Below are positions 45,601-54,549 of a stretch of DNA of 64,000 nt, in pieces. Position 1 is the stretch's first letter, and each line of letters begins with the position of its first letter. The stretch comes from a virus. The translations under genes and the position numbers were made by a program. The notes under the pieces were generated by a model that saw nothing but the letters and a program-made list of their open reading frames with translations, made no database searches and was not told the origin of the DNA. The stretch spans positions 96,001 through 160,000 of IMG/VR virus record IMGVR_UViG_3300045988_034373; one strand, written 5' to 3'.

Positions 45601-47267
45601 TCTATTCATATGCCTTTGTTAAAGAAAGGAAGAAAGCATACGATGAAATATTGCCAGTGGTTAAAGCTACTATGGTTGATATGCTTATGGAAGCTAACTT
45701 CCAGAACTTGGACATTAAAAATACTATAGGGTACACTAAGGACTATGTAAAGAACAAAATCATTGGTCAAACATTAGTCCCAGAGAACCTTAAAGGATTA
45801 GCTCATTATATGGGTATGGTTAGAAACTTTACCACTACTGCCGCCTTAGGTTTCTCTCCTAAATCTGGTCTATTCCAGATGATGGAAGGCTTCTGGAAGA
45901 ATGCAGGTAAGGCAATTATTAGACCTATGGGTACTAATCAATTTGGATGGGATGAAGTACAGCAGGCTATGAAATGGGTAGCTGGTGATATGAAAGACCA
46001 TTTCAAGATAGTATCGTTAGGAGAGCTAATCAACGAACAGTATGCCATTAATGACTTTGACTCTAACGTATATGATAAAAGGCTTAGAGGTGAGCCTGGC
46101 TTGATTAACTTCCAGGGTAAGATGCTGTGGACTACCTCTGCACCTGACTACTTTAATAGAATGACTCTATTTGTAGCTCAGATGATAAAGGATGGTTGCA
46201 TGGATGCTTATTCAATGAAAGGTAATAAGTTAGTCTATGATTGGAAGAAAGATAAGAGATTCTCTGCATATGCAGCTGGTAATAAAGCTGATTCTAAGTA
46301 TGGTTATCAGAAGGCTTTATATGAAGCTATGATAGACCAATTTAGAAATGAAGGTTGGAAGAATGATAAAGGTCAGCCAATCAGCTATGATGATGATTTA
46401 CCAATGGCTTATACTAATAAGGAGGCTCAGAGTTTGAAATCATTTGCAGACCAAACTTATGGTTATTACTCACATGAGACTCAAATGATGTTAAAGAGCT
46501 ACTTCCTCGGTGCTCAGTATATGCAGTTTAGAACTTATTGGTCAGCTTTGAAGAATAGGTACTTCCTAAAAGGTGGTGTGTATTCACAAGGTAATTTCCA
46601 ACAACTTGTAGACGAGGATGGTAATAAAGTTTATAAGAAACTTGTAACTATTAATGGTGTACAACAGTATGTTCAGACTACTGAGAATACAGGTGAGCCA
46701 TTTATGGTGTGGAGAGGTAACTGGCAGGAAGGTATATTCATGTCATTTAGGGATGGATTTAAGGAAATGCTTGAAGGGTTCCGTGATGATGGATTGTCTG
46801 GAGTAGTAAAAGGTGCTAAAGAATTTTGGAACACCAATAACAGTGAACTTAGAAGGGTAAGGCACGCCAATTTACGGCAATTCGGATATGATATGGCTCT
46901 TTGGGGACTAATTGGTAGCCTACTTGGATACTTCTTAACCCAACTATTAAAGGAGCAACAGAAGGCTGATAAGGGTCGAGATTTAAGTTGGGGGGATGTA
47001 ATGCTGAGGGATGCAGAAAGTATCTTCGTTTCCTCACTAATTACCTCAACTGACGATTTAGGTGCTTTTAAATCAATGCTATCACCTCTTACAGATTGGA
47101 CTCCGCCCTCATTCAGAATGTTAACTAATATTTGGAATGATGGTTGTGCAGTAATTACTGGAGATAAGGATTTTAGTAAAGCTGTCATAAATAACATTGG
47201 TGTACTAAGACAAACTAGAAACTTCTGGTACTATGCTAGTGAGGCAGTTGAAAGTGCAATTGAATAA
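42648..47267 (+). CDS. giant protein (1539 aa) with an N-terminal PD-(D/E)xK (RecB/Cas4/lambda-Exo-like) nuclease domain
   Basis: GTSLHKVAELFW (nt 43146-43181), then IIDLLVVDSDGQVHIYDYKTS (D256 at 43413; D270-x-K272 at 43455-43463). A hydrophobic segment (MALWGLIGSLLGYFLTQLL) lies near the C-terminus. Confidence 0.75.
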   Translation: MAKCGYTLLGRSFGSELELNNFLLNNKHSIDLGRISDIVFSLNSKKDEVVSILDGKLSWATKIQSIKRNPNSFLDDEDIDPESVKPYKGVTSAIKLFRQADGVTRFVPEFKIENFKEKCFERWGKDGFSAMEAKLVGKEPGVPVKENEMEEAFKALTTKWDLLGKVGTSLHKVAELFWKGESLSAIVQDDEVKNYLDPVMASHMYSNMEILRDQLIKLHGNGDPNSVKFYPEYVVAGDTQATDDNGSPIKLLGIIDLLVVDSDGQVHIYDYKTSDKAHVDFDSTKKLTFDYQLAVYRQLLESYGLPVSRAMMGIIPLSMQDFDGTTGNFSNITAPITTVNGVKEINIDYRDRNPRLSYDSASAFVTNNVEMVMPVEPVEDIVTKDFVEHMSTGFAKLFPGYKFNRELNEATLEALKRDVRYNASTGKWTLPDLKNPGKTLTFDTQAEAYKALESYHESLLSSKTRATERLIGNIRTAINTGNTNFLPLSNRKIKGHSAGWFIKECSRYCNSEWKVMDVPELTSLGIMLLFNKRAKYFDVLVLDNTPLKTQLKFKKGTSVLGEYASNVELEQRGIPALEGIVGNVDLMKAMLALNELPDLFREGKFKLGEIRVLNQKDETGMHTSAWQLMQNFNELTKNGRAGVDNNFTTGKIQFLENYQLAYYNMIQFCALGKEQSKLNNVLSEFETNPIILDHSIENLIKMKKMLEQEYLNLTETKTTDFSSPPGIVYGYLLKAIKDLRGMHYVQEVRDGNKIVLLTDNPDVMASANLRNMYKVTTDGLVHLRTNLNNFAAEMRTAMEKFWKAKGYSTERRNLIGDQLSLFKNMFVTDRDGKIDSRMRVKSPFVDRTLDAAEKEFLTFWLDKLNRYRYQNMSESDLEEMRLDPDSEYYNVPLMEASSATKVQEGGKGLISWFKRKVDQFRNPKEWADRLITGALDSKHNEQLKEDMEKYEMIDMFEYSDNATSRSNALEEHDTVFFETNLNDIIYSYAFVKERKKAYDEILPVVKATMVDMLMEANFQNLDIKNTIGYTKDYVKNKIIGQTLVPENLKGLAHYMGMVRNFTTTAALGFSPKSGLFQMMEGFWKNAGKAIIRPMGTNQFGWDEVQQAMKWVAGDMKDHFKIVSLGELINEQYAINDFDSNVYDKRLRGEPGLINFQGKMLWTTSAPDYFNRMTLFVAQMIKDGCMDAYSMKGNKLVYDWKKDKRFSAYAAGNKADSKYGYQKALYEAMIDQFRNEGWKNDKGQPISYDDDLPMAYTNKEAQSLKSFADQTYGYYSHETQMMLKSYFLGAQYMQFRTYWSALKNRYFLKGGVYSQGNFQQLVDEDGNKVYKKLVTINGVQQYVQTTENTGEPFMVWRGNWQEGIFMSFRDGFKEMLEGFRDDGLSGVVKGAKEFWNTNNSELRRVRHANLRQFGYDMALWGLIGSLLGYFLTQLLKEQQKADKGRDLSWGDVMLRDAESIFVSSLITSTDDLGAFKSMLSPLTDWTPPSFRMLTNIWNDGCAVITGDKDFSKAVINNIGVLRQTRNFWYYASEAVESAIE

Positions 47268-47878
47268 TGATTATTGGAATTTCTGGAAAGAAACAATGTG
47301 GTAAGGATACCGTATGCAAAATTATTAAGGCATTAGATATATGGAATAGGTACGGAGATATGCATACATTTGTAAAGATGTTACTTAAGAGTCCAAGTCC
47401 TTTAGGCAGTATATGGTACAAGCACGCATATGCTGATAAGCTTAAGCAAGTCTTAGCTATTATACTTAACATAAATGTTGCTGCATTCGAGGATAATATA
47501 TTTAAGATGTCTAACAGTGAGATAGTTAAGCCAGAAGGAGGATATTATACTAATAGAGAACTTCTACAGAGATTTGGAACTGAAGTAGGTAGAAGTATAT
47601 CTCCAACATTGTGGGTAGATGCTTTATTCATGGGCTACAGTGAGGACGACCACTGGATTATTCCAGATGTTAGGTTTCCATCTGAAGCTGAAGCTATTAA
47701 GGAAAGGGGTGGTATAATTATTAGAGTAGATAGGGAAACCTTCTCTCGTGATACTCATCCATCTGAAGTAGCATTGGATAATTATGAAGGTTTTGATTAC
47801 AGAATAGATAACAATAACGATATAGAACATTTAATAGATAAGGTAAAAGAGATAATGTCTCAACTAAACCTTATATAA
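47267..47878 (+). CDS. deoxynucleoside monophosphate kinase-like P-loop kinase
   Basis: IGISGKKQCGKDT P-loop at the N-terminus. RELLQRFGTEVGR and IIPDVRFPSEAEAIKERGG match the phage dNMP kinase pattern. Confidence 0.7.
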   Translation: MIIGISGKKQCGKDTVCKIIKALDIWNRYGDMHTFVKMLLKSPSPLGSIWYKHAYADKLKQVLAIILNINVAAFEDNIFKMSNSEIVKPEGGYYTNRELLQRFGTEVGRSISPTLWVDALFMGYSEDDHWIIPDVRFPSEAEAIKERGGIIIRVDRETFSRDTHPSEVALDNYEGFDYRIDNNNDIEHLIDKVKEIMSQLNLI

Positions 47879-47886
47879 AGCAATTA

Positions 47887-47932
47887 GGGCAACACTGGTA
47901 GGTAATTCTACTGGTGTTGCCCTTATTTTTTT
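47887..47932 (+). terminator. intrinsic terminator at the convergent junction (favours + strand transcripts)
   Basis: GGGCAACACTGGTAG / CTACTGGTGTTGCCC forms a 15-bp stem with 2 G-U pairs on the + RNA, which become A-C mismatches on the - RNA. It has a 6-nt loop followed by TTATTTTTTT. Confidence 0.7.
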
Positions 47933-47934
47933 AC

Positions 47935-48498
47935 TTAGTCTTTCTTCTCTACATATTCAGGTTCTCTTTCATCCTGCTGCTTTAGATAAGTGAACATTCT
48001 CTTACCTAACGCCTTATAGTCTTTCTCACTCTTTGATTTAGAAGCCCTCTTAGCCATTCTGATTAGAGTTCTTGTATTCTTTCTACTAAAGATTCTCTCT
48101 CCTCCTTCTAATTCCATTTGAGTGGAACCATCAGGAGCAATTACCTTCATTTTGGGTAACTCTTCATCCTCTTCAATATCAAGTTCATCTCCCTCTTTAA
48201 TACCAGAGCCTTGATTAACTTCTAATACAAATTGTACACCATCTTCCTCAGCTATATTCTCATTCTCAGGTTCTCCCTGATATACTGATATTACTTCCAT
48301 ATCTTCATTAATGAAAATGATGTCTAGTGGAATTTTAGTATCTTTCATCCAGAATCCTACAGTCTGAGGCTCCTCGAAGAAGAATAACATTCCTTCATCA
48401 TCTTTCATTTCTGTAACTCCTTGTAGACCTTTCATTCTTTCCTCTTCAGTCCTAGCACAAGTTACATTATACTCTCTGTCTCCTATTTCAATCTTCAT
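47935..48498 (-). CDS. DUF192-domain protein with a charged C-terminal extension
   Basis: ARTEEERMKGLQGV...EGMLFFFEEPQTVGFWMKDTKIPLDIIFINEDMEV matches the DUF192 (COG1430) pattern. Confidence 0.7.
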   Translation of the reverse strand: MKIEIGDREYNVTCARTEEERMKGLQGVTEMKDDEGMLFFFEEPQTVGFWMKDTKIPLDIIFINEDMEVISVYQGEPENENIAEEDGVQFVLEVNQGSGIKEGDELDIEEDEELPKMKVIAPDGSTQMELEGGERIFSRKNTRTLIRMAKRASKSKSEKDYKALGKRMFTYLKQQDEREPEYVEKKD

Positions 48499-49862
48499 TA
48501 TTCAACTGTATTTAATAGTCCTGTGTTATCAACTGTATTCTCAAGAATCTCATGTACAAGTAGTTTACCAGCTTCAATAGCAGCTTCGTCAGAACCGTCT
48601 TGCATTAGTTTCTCCAATTGCTTAGTAACCTCAAGATTGAAGATTATCTCTTCTCTCTCTACTTCTGCGTGTTGCTTGATGTCTCCACCTTTCTCTTCTG
48701 TAATAACTGGAATACCTTTAGTAGTTACCTCTTCAAACTTCTCATCCACATTCTCTAAGTGATGTTTATGAGCGTGTAGAGCACCATCTGGAATCACATT
48801 AACTGCTCCTCCATTTTTAAATCCAGCTACCTCTTCCATTCTAACCTCTTCTTGAATCTTCTTTCTCTTCTCTTTCTGTCCTTTAGATAGTTTAACTACT
48901 CTCTTAGCGAAGTCTTTATCCATCTTTAAGCCAGACTTACCAGCTCTTACTGTATTTTGCTGATAACCCCCATTTAGTTGTAATTGAGTTCCAAGTCCAA
49001 GTAAAGGATTGTTAGAAGCTGCGAATGCCATTTGGGCTTCATCAGCTATATCACCCATTTTGACTTGTTGCATCTGAGCATTGTGTATTTGTCTATTAGC
49101 TTTGTTCCTTGCTCCACCACTAAGTAATCCATACTTCTTACCACTCTTAGTAAGAGCATCATCTACAGTAGATTGAGTTCCACCATAAGCAGAACCTACT
49201 TGTTCAAATGCTTCATTATCCTTAGTAATAGTATCGGCTTTCTTAGCTCCAATAGCATTAACCAATCCAATTGGAGTTAGTTTAAGAAACTTACTATCTA
49301 ATATCTTGTCCGCTGTAGTCATTTGGTCAGTTCCAACTCCCATAGCTGTTAATCCATCTGATAACATTCCACCTACTTTCATAACACCACCGATAATAGT
49401 ACCAACTCCAGGTATAGCAGATACAGCATTAGCAGCAGCATCATAGCCTTGATTTAGTCCAGTAGTTAGTGCTGATTGTTCTTTCTGGGGAATTGGACTT
49501 CCAACTACATCAGCTATACCTCCAGCCACATTCATGGTATTACCAATCTTAGCTTTGCTAAATATTCCACTATTAGGAGTAACAGTAGAGGAGTTCCCAC
49601 CAAACCTCTTTATGTCCTGTATAGCCTTATTAGAATCTCTGTTGAATTTCAAGGACATACTTAATGGGTCTCCCATCTTAGCGTTAAAATCAATTAAGCT
49701 GTTAGTCGGAGCCATTATTTGCTCAGCTGATTTACCAAAGTCAGCAGCCCAGTCTTTTCCCATTAAATTCTGATAGACTGGTGTCCCATTGTTTTGTGGA
49801 ATGGTATAGGGACCCCATGTTGAAGTCCCTCCCCACTGGTATCTTTTAACTAGTTTACGCAT
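48498..49862 (-). CDS. virion-block protein (454 aa), Gly/Ala-rich, with N-terminal KRYQWGG motif
   Basis: Its start overlaps the upstream gene by 8 nt. Internal FKNGGAVNVIPDGALHAHKHH. Confidence 0.7.
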   Translation of the reverse strand: MRKLVKRYQWGGTSTWGPYTIPQNNGTPVYQNLMGKDWAADFGKSAEQIMAPTNSLIDFNAKMGDPLSMSLKFNRDSNKAIQDIKRFGGNSSTVTPNSGIFSKAKIGNTMNVAGGIADVVGSPIPQKEQSALTTGLNQGYDAAANAVSAIPGVGTIIGGVMKVGGMLSDGLTAMGVGTDQMTTADKILDSKFLKLTPIGLVNAIGAKKADTITKDNEAFEQVGSAYGGTQSTVDDALTKSGKKYGLLSGGARNKANRQIHNAQMQQVKMGDIADEAQMAFAASNNPLLGLGTQLQLNGGYQQNTVRAGKSGLKMDKDFAKRVVKLSKGQKEKRKKIQEEVRMEEVAGFKNGGAVNVIPDGALHAHKHHLENVDEKFEEVTTKGIPVITEEKGGDIKQHAEVEREEIIFNLEVTKQLEKLMQDGSDEAAIEAGKLLVHEILENTVDNTGLLNTVE

Positions 49863-52800
49863 AACTTACGATATATAATGTTTTTAAAGCTGTTATTATA
49901 GCTAACTCGTCACCAGTATATCTCACTTTAATCTTTATGTACTTATCCCTAATTCTAGTCTCCTTTCTTTCATTAGACCATTTATTAACATCCAATGACA
50001 AGAAATCAGCACTATAACCTCGGTCCCTTAATTCAGATGGAATGTCAGAATTACTAGTAATATTTAGAGCAGTCATACTCTCTGGTAATGGATTGTTAAC
50101 TAGGTTAAGAGGTGGGTATGTATTACCATCCTTATCCTTAACAGTCCAAGCTAATTCATTCTTAGCCCAATAAGTTATAGAGGGTATTTGGATATCCCAC
50201 TTATCTTCTAAGTAGTCCATGTTACCATTTATTCTACCATACTCCATAACCTCATACCATTTACCATTTTGAGCTAGTACATTTGTATATCCAGCTGCTA
50301 TAAGTGAGCTATATCTATCTTGAGTTATCTCTTGTAAATATCTCTTCTTAAAAGGACATGCCTTGACATGAGTAGCTATCTTAAATTCATTTAGTTGGCT
50401 ATCATGCACAATCTCTGAACCAGATATTGATTGGTAGTCTCTACCAGCTGATGTCATTGATTGGTAATGGTCTTCAATATCGTTCAGACTATCTACCCTT
50501 GAATACAATAGTGGGAACATAACTGACATATCCTTGTACTTAGTAGTACTGTACAATATGTCTCTTTGTTCTGGTATAACATCCAAGTAATCATGATTAT
50601 AAACTATATCTGCACCATTATATTGGTATAGATGCTTAGTAGCCTCTTGCCTAAAATACATATTCTTTTTGTCTTTGGCAAAGTTATATACTTCTCCAAC
50701 AACTTCAAAATGGAATGATTCAGGTTGGGTCTTATTACTTATAATCTGTAAGTTATTAAAGATTTTATGTACTGATGGATTATCAACTACAATAAATTCC
50801 AGCTCAAATGGATGTTGCTTACCATACCAATAGCAAGGACTAATTGGCTTTCTAGTAGGCATTAATCCAGCTTGACCATGTTTCCAGAATGAAGTAGTTA
50901 GTAAGTCATACCTCATCTTAGTAACTACAGTTACATTAGAGTATAATGTCTTTACTACATTTCTAACTTCACCTTCAACCAAATCAGTTCCTTGATTATA
51001 TACTACAGCTTTAATAGGTATTGTCCACCTACTATCTCCGACTGAATTGGCATTGACTGATACCTGATTACCATTAGTAATGAAGAACTTATTTCTAACC
51101 CTATCGTCAGCAATACTATACTCAATGTTAGAACCGCTAATATCAAGATTTAGTTGCAAGTTACCTAACTTAGCTTTACCATCTACTACAGTTAGTACGT
51201 TATCAACTACTGCACCACCCTGCATACTAATAAGAGGATAGTTAGAAGTTATCTTAGTAATTGTCTTAGATGTGTTTCTATCAAAACTAAAGAAGATGTT
51301 GTCAATATTCTCAGAATATGATGGAACCCATGAGTAGAATGTTACAAACTTCTGCATAACTTCATTGTAGCATAAATTCCATACATTCTCTTCCAATGTA
51401 TTAACATCATCATAGAATGTAAACATCACATCTTGCTTAAATCTATTATAGTGAGTTTTAACGTTCCTAATACCAATAATTGGAGTCTTCTCTTTCTCAG
51501 TAAGTGAGATATTGTCATTTAAGAACTTCTGTACTTTAAAGTCTGAGATAACCTCGAACAGTTGTCCATTAGTTCTCCAAATCTTCTTCCCGACTGTATC
51601 CACTCCATAGACGTAATAGGGAGTCTTGATGACACTCTCTGACCACTGAGTACCGAATGTATCAGACAGCATTTTTGGATTCTCTGGAAGTACGTTAGAG
51701 GTGTTTATGAAGATATTTCCACCTGCACCTTCACCTGCAACGGCTCTTTCATTGACTGGTATCAAAGCAACGCCATGTTCAAATACACAGATAATGCTAC
51801 CAAACCATTCAACTAGCTTAACTATACTACCATAAGTCAATGGATAGTCCCTATAGTTCATTAATTTGAATACTCTATAACCATTCTTAAATGAGTCATT
51901 GACATTAATGTCAGAGTACATTACTCTAATATGGAACTTATTCTTAATAGCTGGAACATTTGGCAGTTCATAGTAATACTTATCAGATGTAGTAGAGTTA
52001 ATACCACCATTTATAACAAATGATTCTGGTATTTTAGATTCACCAGTAACTGACATAGCTTGTAATGGATAGAATCCTCTAGCCTTACCAGTTAATCCTA
52101 ACTCTGAAGTATATGACATATCAACACTTCTCATAGATAGGTTGACATTGCTACATACTTTAATAGTAACCCAGTGTCCCATCTTAATGGCATTTACGTC
52201 ACCTCTGTTGATTTTACCATTCTTCTCGCTATCACCTATTGTATAGTTATCCTTCCATGACATTTGGTCTACAATATCATCATTTATAGGAGCTGCTGAG
52301 TCTTGGAAGTTTCTACACATTCTATGTGTATAGTTACCTATATAGCAATCTCCTCTAAACAGGTTCTTAGCTATCATAGTATTTCCATCCTCATCTAAAT
52401 CATCCCATAACATTCTGTTACACATAGCATAGAATGCAGATGAATCCTCATACCTAATTTCAAAGTAGGTATCTAATAGGTTTTCTTCATAGTTAGGAAT
52501 CTTAATATCAATAAGACTCATCTTATTAGTATTATATCCCTCTAGTCCTATGTAAGGTCCCCAACTTCCTCTTAATAGGTTACGAGCATTAGAAGACTTA
52601 TTTGTATAGTTATAGTAAGATACTCTCCATGCTTCTTCAGCTTCTCCAGCCCTTGCACTAAATAACTGCTTCTTACCCTTTAATGCCTTAACATTATCAC
52701 CAATAGCCATAATGTTATATGTCTCATCTTGGGTAGAATTATTAGTAACGTAGGATAGGTTGTAGAAATGAGTACCACTTCTGTCAAAGTATTTCTTACC

Positions 52801-54546
52801 GAACTGTGATTTAGCCATCTTAACCTCAAACTGAGTACCAGTGAATAATTGATTGAAGTATGCTTGTCTTAATTCAAACTCTGGACATAGAGCTGCATAT
52901 CCTTCCAATACTTTATCCTTATTAATGTCTTCACATCTTCTATCAAAGTCATGTGTTAGAACTCCGTCATTGTCTAAGAATCTTTCTACTCTATATGTTT
53001 CAGCACCAGAAGGAAGCACAGGTAGGTAACTTGTATTCTCTAATCCGATTGTAACTGCTTGAGCTAATGTAGTAGGTATTCTCTTCTGTCTTACAAAGAA
53101 GAATCCTTTAGTATACCTCTTTAGCTCTCTAACGGCATCCTTGCTAATTTTAATATCAAATCCAATTGGAACTGTACCACTATCAGCTAATTGATTGCCA
53201 TTATACTTAATTTTAATTACACCCTTAGAGTTCTCATTCTGGCTATCTAGCTTGTATGTTTCCTTGTTAATAGGGATGTACTCTCTATTGGCTTGGATAA
53301 CAGCTATGTTGTTTGTACTAGTTGGGTCGAAGTCTTTCTTAAATAGAGGATAATCTTTCCAATCTATCCTATCAGTATCACCAGGTATAGCTAATCTACT
53401 AATACCCCTAATATTAAATACTGGAGATAAAGTATAATCATTAAGAATGTATACTACTCCTAGTCGGTAGATTTCGTCATTCCAGTATCCGAGTCTATTA
53501 TAGATGTTCATTACATTATAATACTCATACTGTCCCGATTCATCCTTATAATCCTTATCAACTCTACCTATATTGTTCTCTACATTTAACTCTGGTAAGA
53601 AGTGTAGAGATAGGTCTGTAAGCTCCTTATATTCAATATCTGGATTAGCTACGTTACCTAAGAATAACATATTCTGACAAGTAGTCTGTGCTACTGCACT
53701 ATTAACTACATTGTATGCTACGTTAATATCATTGATACTAACAGCTTGTACAGTTTCAAATCCAGTAATACTAATCTTAGCTACATTGTTATATACAGCA
53801 AACTGCTTCATAATCTTAAACGATGTAGTCATTTCATTTCCATCTATATCAGATGTACTTCTTGTATAGTAAACTACTACATTGTTATAAGATGAATCTA
53901 TGTTAGTTAGTAAGAATGAAGCTGACTTATAACTGTTTTCATCTCTAATTCCACCTTGTATAGAGGATGGGTCATTCAAATTACCAATATGGCAAGTTAC
54001 TATGCCTGACTCAGCTATAAAATCTGTCTCATTCCCATCTGAATCTGACAACTTAAAGTAGAACACATAATTACCAACCCTTAAATTACCACTGGTGTTT
54101 AATCCCATGAATGTAAGGTTAGCAATATTGTTAGTCTTCTTGTAAAGAGATATGTCAGATTCAAAGGAATCTATATCGTATATATTAGTGTCGTTATCTC
54201 CTTCTCTATCCACAATCTGATATGTATTCATACCAGTAGATGAGAATCTTGTGTTAATCAACTTAGGATATGTACTTCCGTCATTAAGGATAAGGTTAAC
54301 TGAACCATCATAAGATTGTTGTGGAACAATATCAATAGGATGGTTCAGGTCAAAACTGAGTAATTCTGTATCCAGGTTTATTAAACTACCTTTAGGATAC
54401 ACAATTACTCCGTTCTCCCTTATATCTTCATTAGTTCTCAGAACCCTTAAAGGATTGTATTCGTAAACTAATGCTCCCTTCTGTTGAAGTTGATTTAATC
54501 CTAAGTCAAGGTCTAATACCTTACCACTTAGTGATTTGAAATTCAT
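49855..54546 (-). CDS. large tail-associated structural protein (1563 aa), putative
   Basis: Uninterrupted 4.7-kb ORF in the virion operon. Composition is beta-rich with abundant Asn, Tyr and Thr. The assignment rests on context only. Confidence 0.6.
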   Translation of the reverse strand: MNFKSLSGKVLDLDLGLNQLQQKGALVYEYNPLRVLRTNEDIRENGVIVYPKGSLINLDTELLSFDLNHPIDIVPQQSYDGSVNLILNDGSTYPKLINTRFSSTGMNTYQIVDREGDNDTNIYDIDSFESDISLYKKTNNIANLTFMGLNTSGNLRVGNYVFYFKLSDSDGNETDFIAESGIVTCHIGNLNDPSSIQGGIRDENSYKSASFLLTNIDSSYNNVVVYYTRSTSDIDGNEMTTSFKIMKQFAVYNNVAKISITGFETVQAVSINDINVAYNVVNSAVAQTTCQNMLFLGNVANPDIEYKELTDLSLHFLPELNVENNIGRVDKDYKDESGQYEYYNVMNIYNRLGYWNDEIYRLGVVYILNDYTLSPVFNIRGISRLAIPGDTDRIDWKDYPLFKKDFDPTSTNNIAVIQANREYIPINKETYKLDSQNENSKGVIKIKYNGNQLADSGTVPIGFDIKISKDAVRELKRYTKGFFFVRQKRIPTTLAQAVTIGLENTSYLPVLPSGAETYRVERFLDNDGVLTHDFDRRCEDINKDKVLEGYAALCPEFELRQAYFNQLFTGTQFEVKMAKSQFGKKYFDRSGTHFYNLSYVTNNSTQDETYNIMAIGDNVKALKGKKQLFSARAGEAEEAWRVSYYNYTNKSSNARNLLRGSWGPYIGLEGYNTNKMSLIDIKIPNYEENLLDTYFEIRYEDSSAFYAMCNRMLWDDLDEDGNTMIAKNLFRGDCYIGNYTHRMCRNFQDSAAPINDDIVDQMSWKDNYTIGDSEKNGKINRGDVNAIKMGHWVTIKVCSNVNLSMRSVDMSYTSELGLTGKARGFYPLQAMSVTGESKIPESFVINGGINSTTSDKYYYELPNVPAIKNKFHIRVMYSDINVNDSFKNGYRVFKLMNYRDYPLTYGSIVKLVEWFGSIICVFEHGVALIPVNERAVAGEGAGGNIFINTSNVLPENPKMLSDTFGTQWSESVIKTPYYVYGVDTVGKKIWRTNGQLFEVISDFKVQKFLNDNISLTEKEKTPIIGIRNVKTHYNRFKQDVMFTFYDDVNTLEENVWNLCYNEVMQKFVTFYSWVPSYSENIDNIFFSFDRNTSKTITKITSNYPLISMQGGAVVDNVLTVVDGKAKLGNLQLNLDISGSNIEYSIADDRVRNKFFITNGNQVSVNANSVGDSRWTIPIKAVVYNQGTDLVEGEVRNVVKTLYSNVTVVTKMRYDLLTTSFWKHGQAGLMPTRKPISPCYWYGKQHPFELEFIVVDNPSVHKIFNNLQIISNKTQPESFHFEVVGEVYNFAKDKKNMYFRQEATKHLYQYNGADIVYNHDYLDVIPEQRDILYSTTKYKDMSVMFPLLYSRVDSLNDIEDHYQSMTSAGRDYQSISGSEIVHDSQLNEFKIATHVKACPFKKRYLQEITQDRYSSLIAAGYTNVLAQNGKWYEVMEYGRINGNMDYLEDKWDIQIPSITYWAKNELAWTVKDKDGNTYPPLNLVNNPLPESMTALNITSNSDIPSELRDRGYSADFLSLDVNKWSNERKETRIRDKYIKIKVRYTGDELAIITALKTLYIVSYA

Positions 54547-54549
54547 ATA

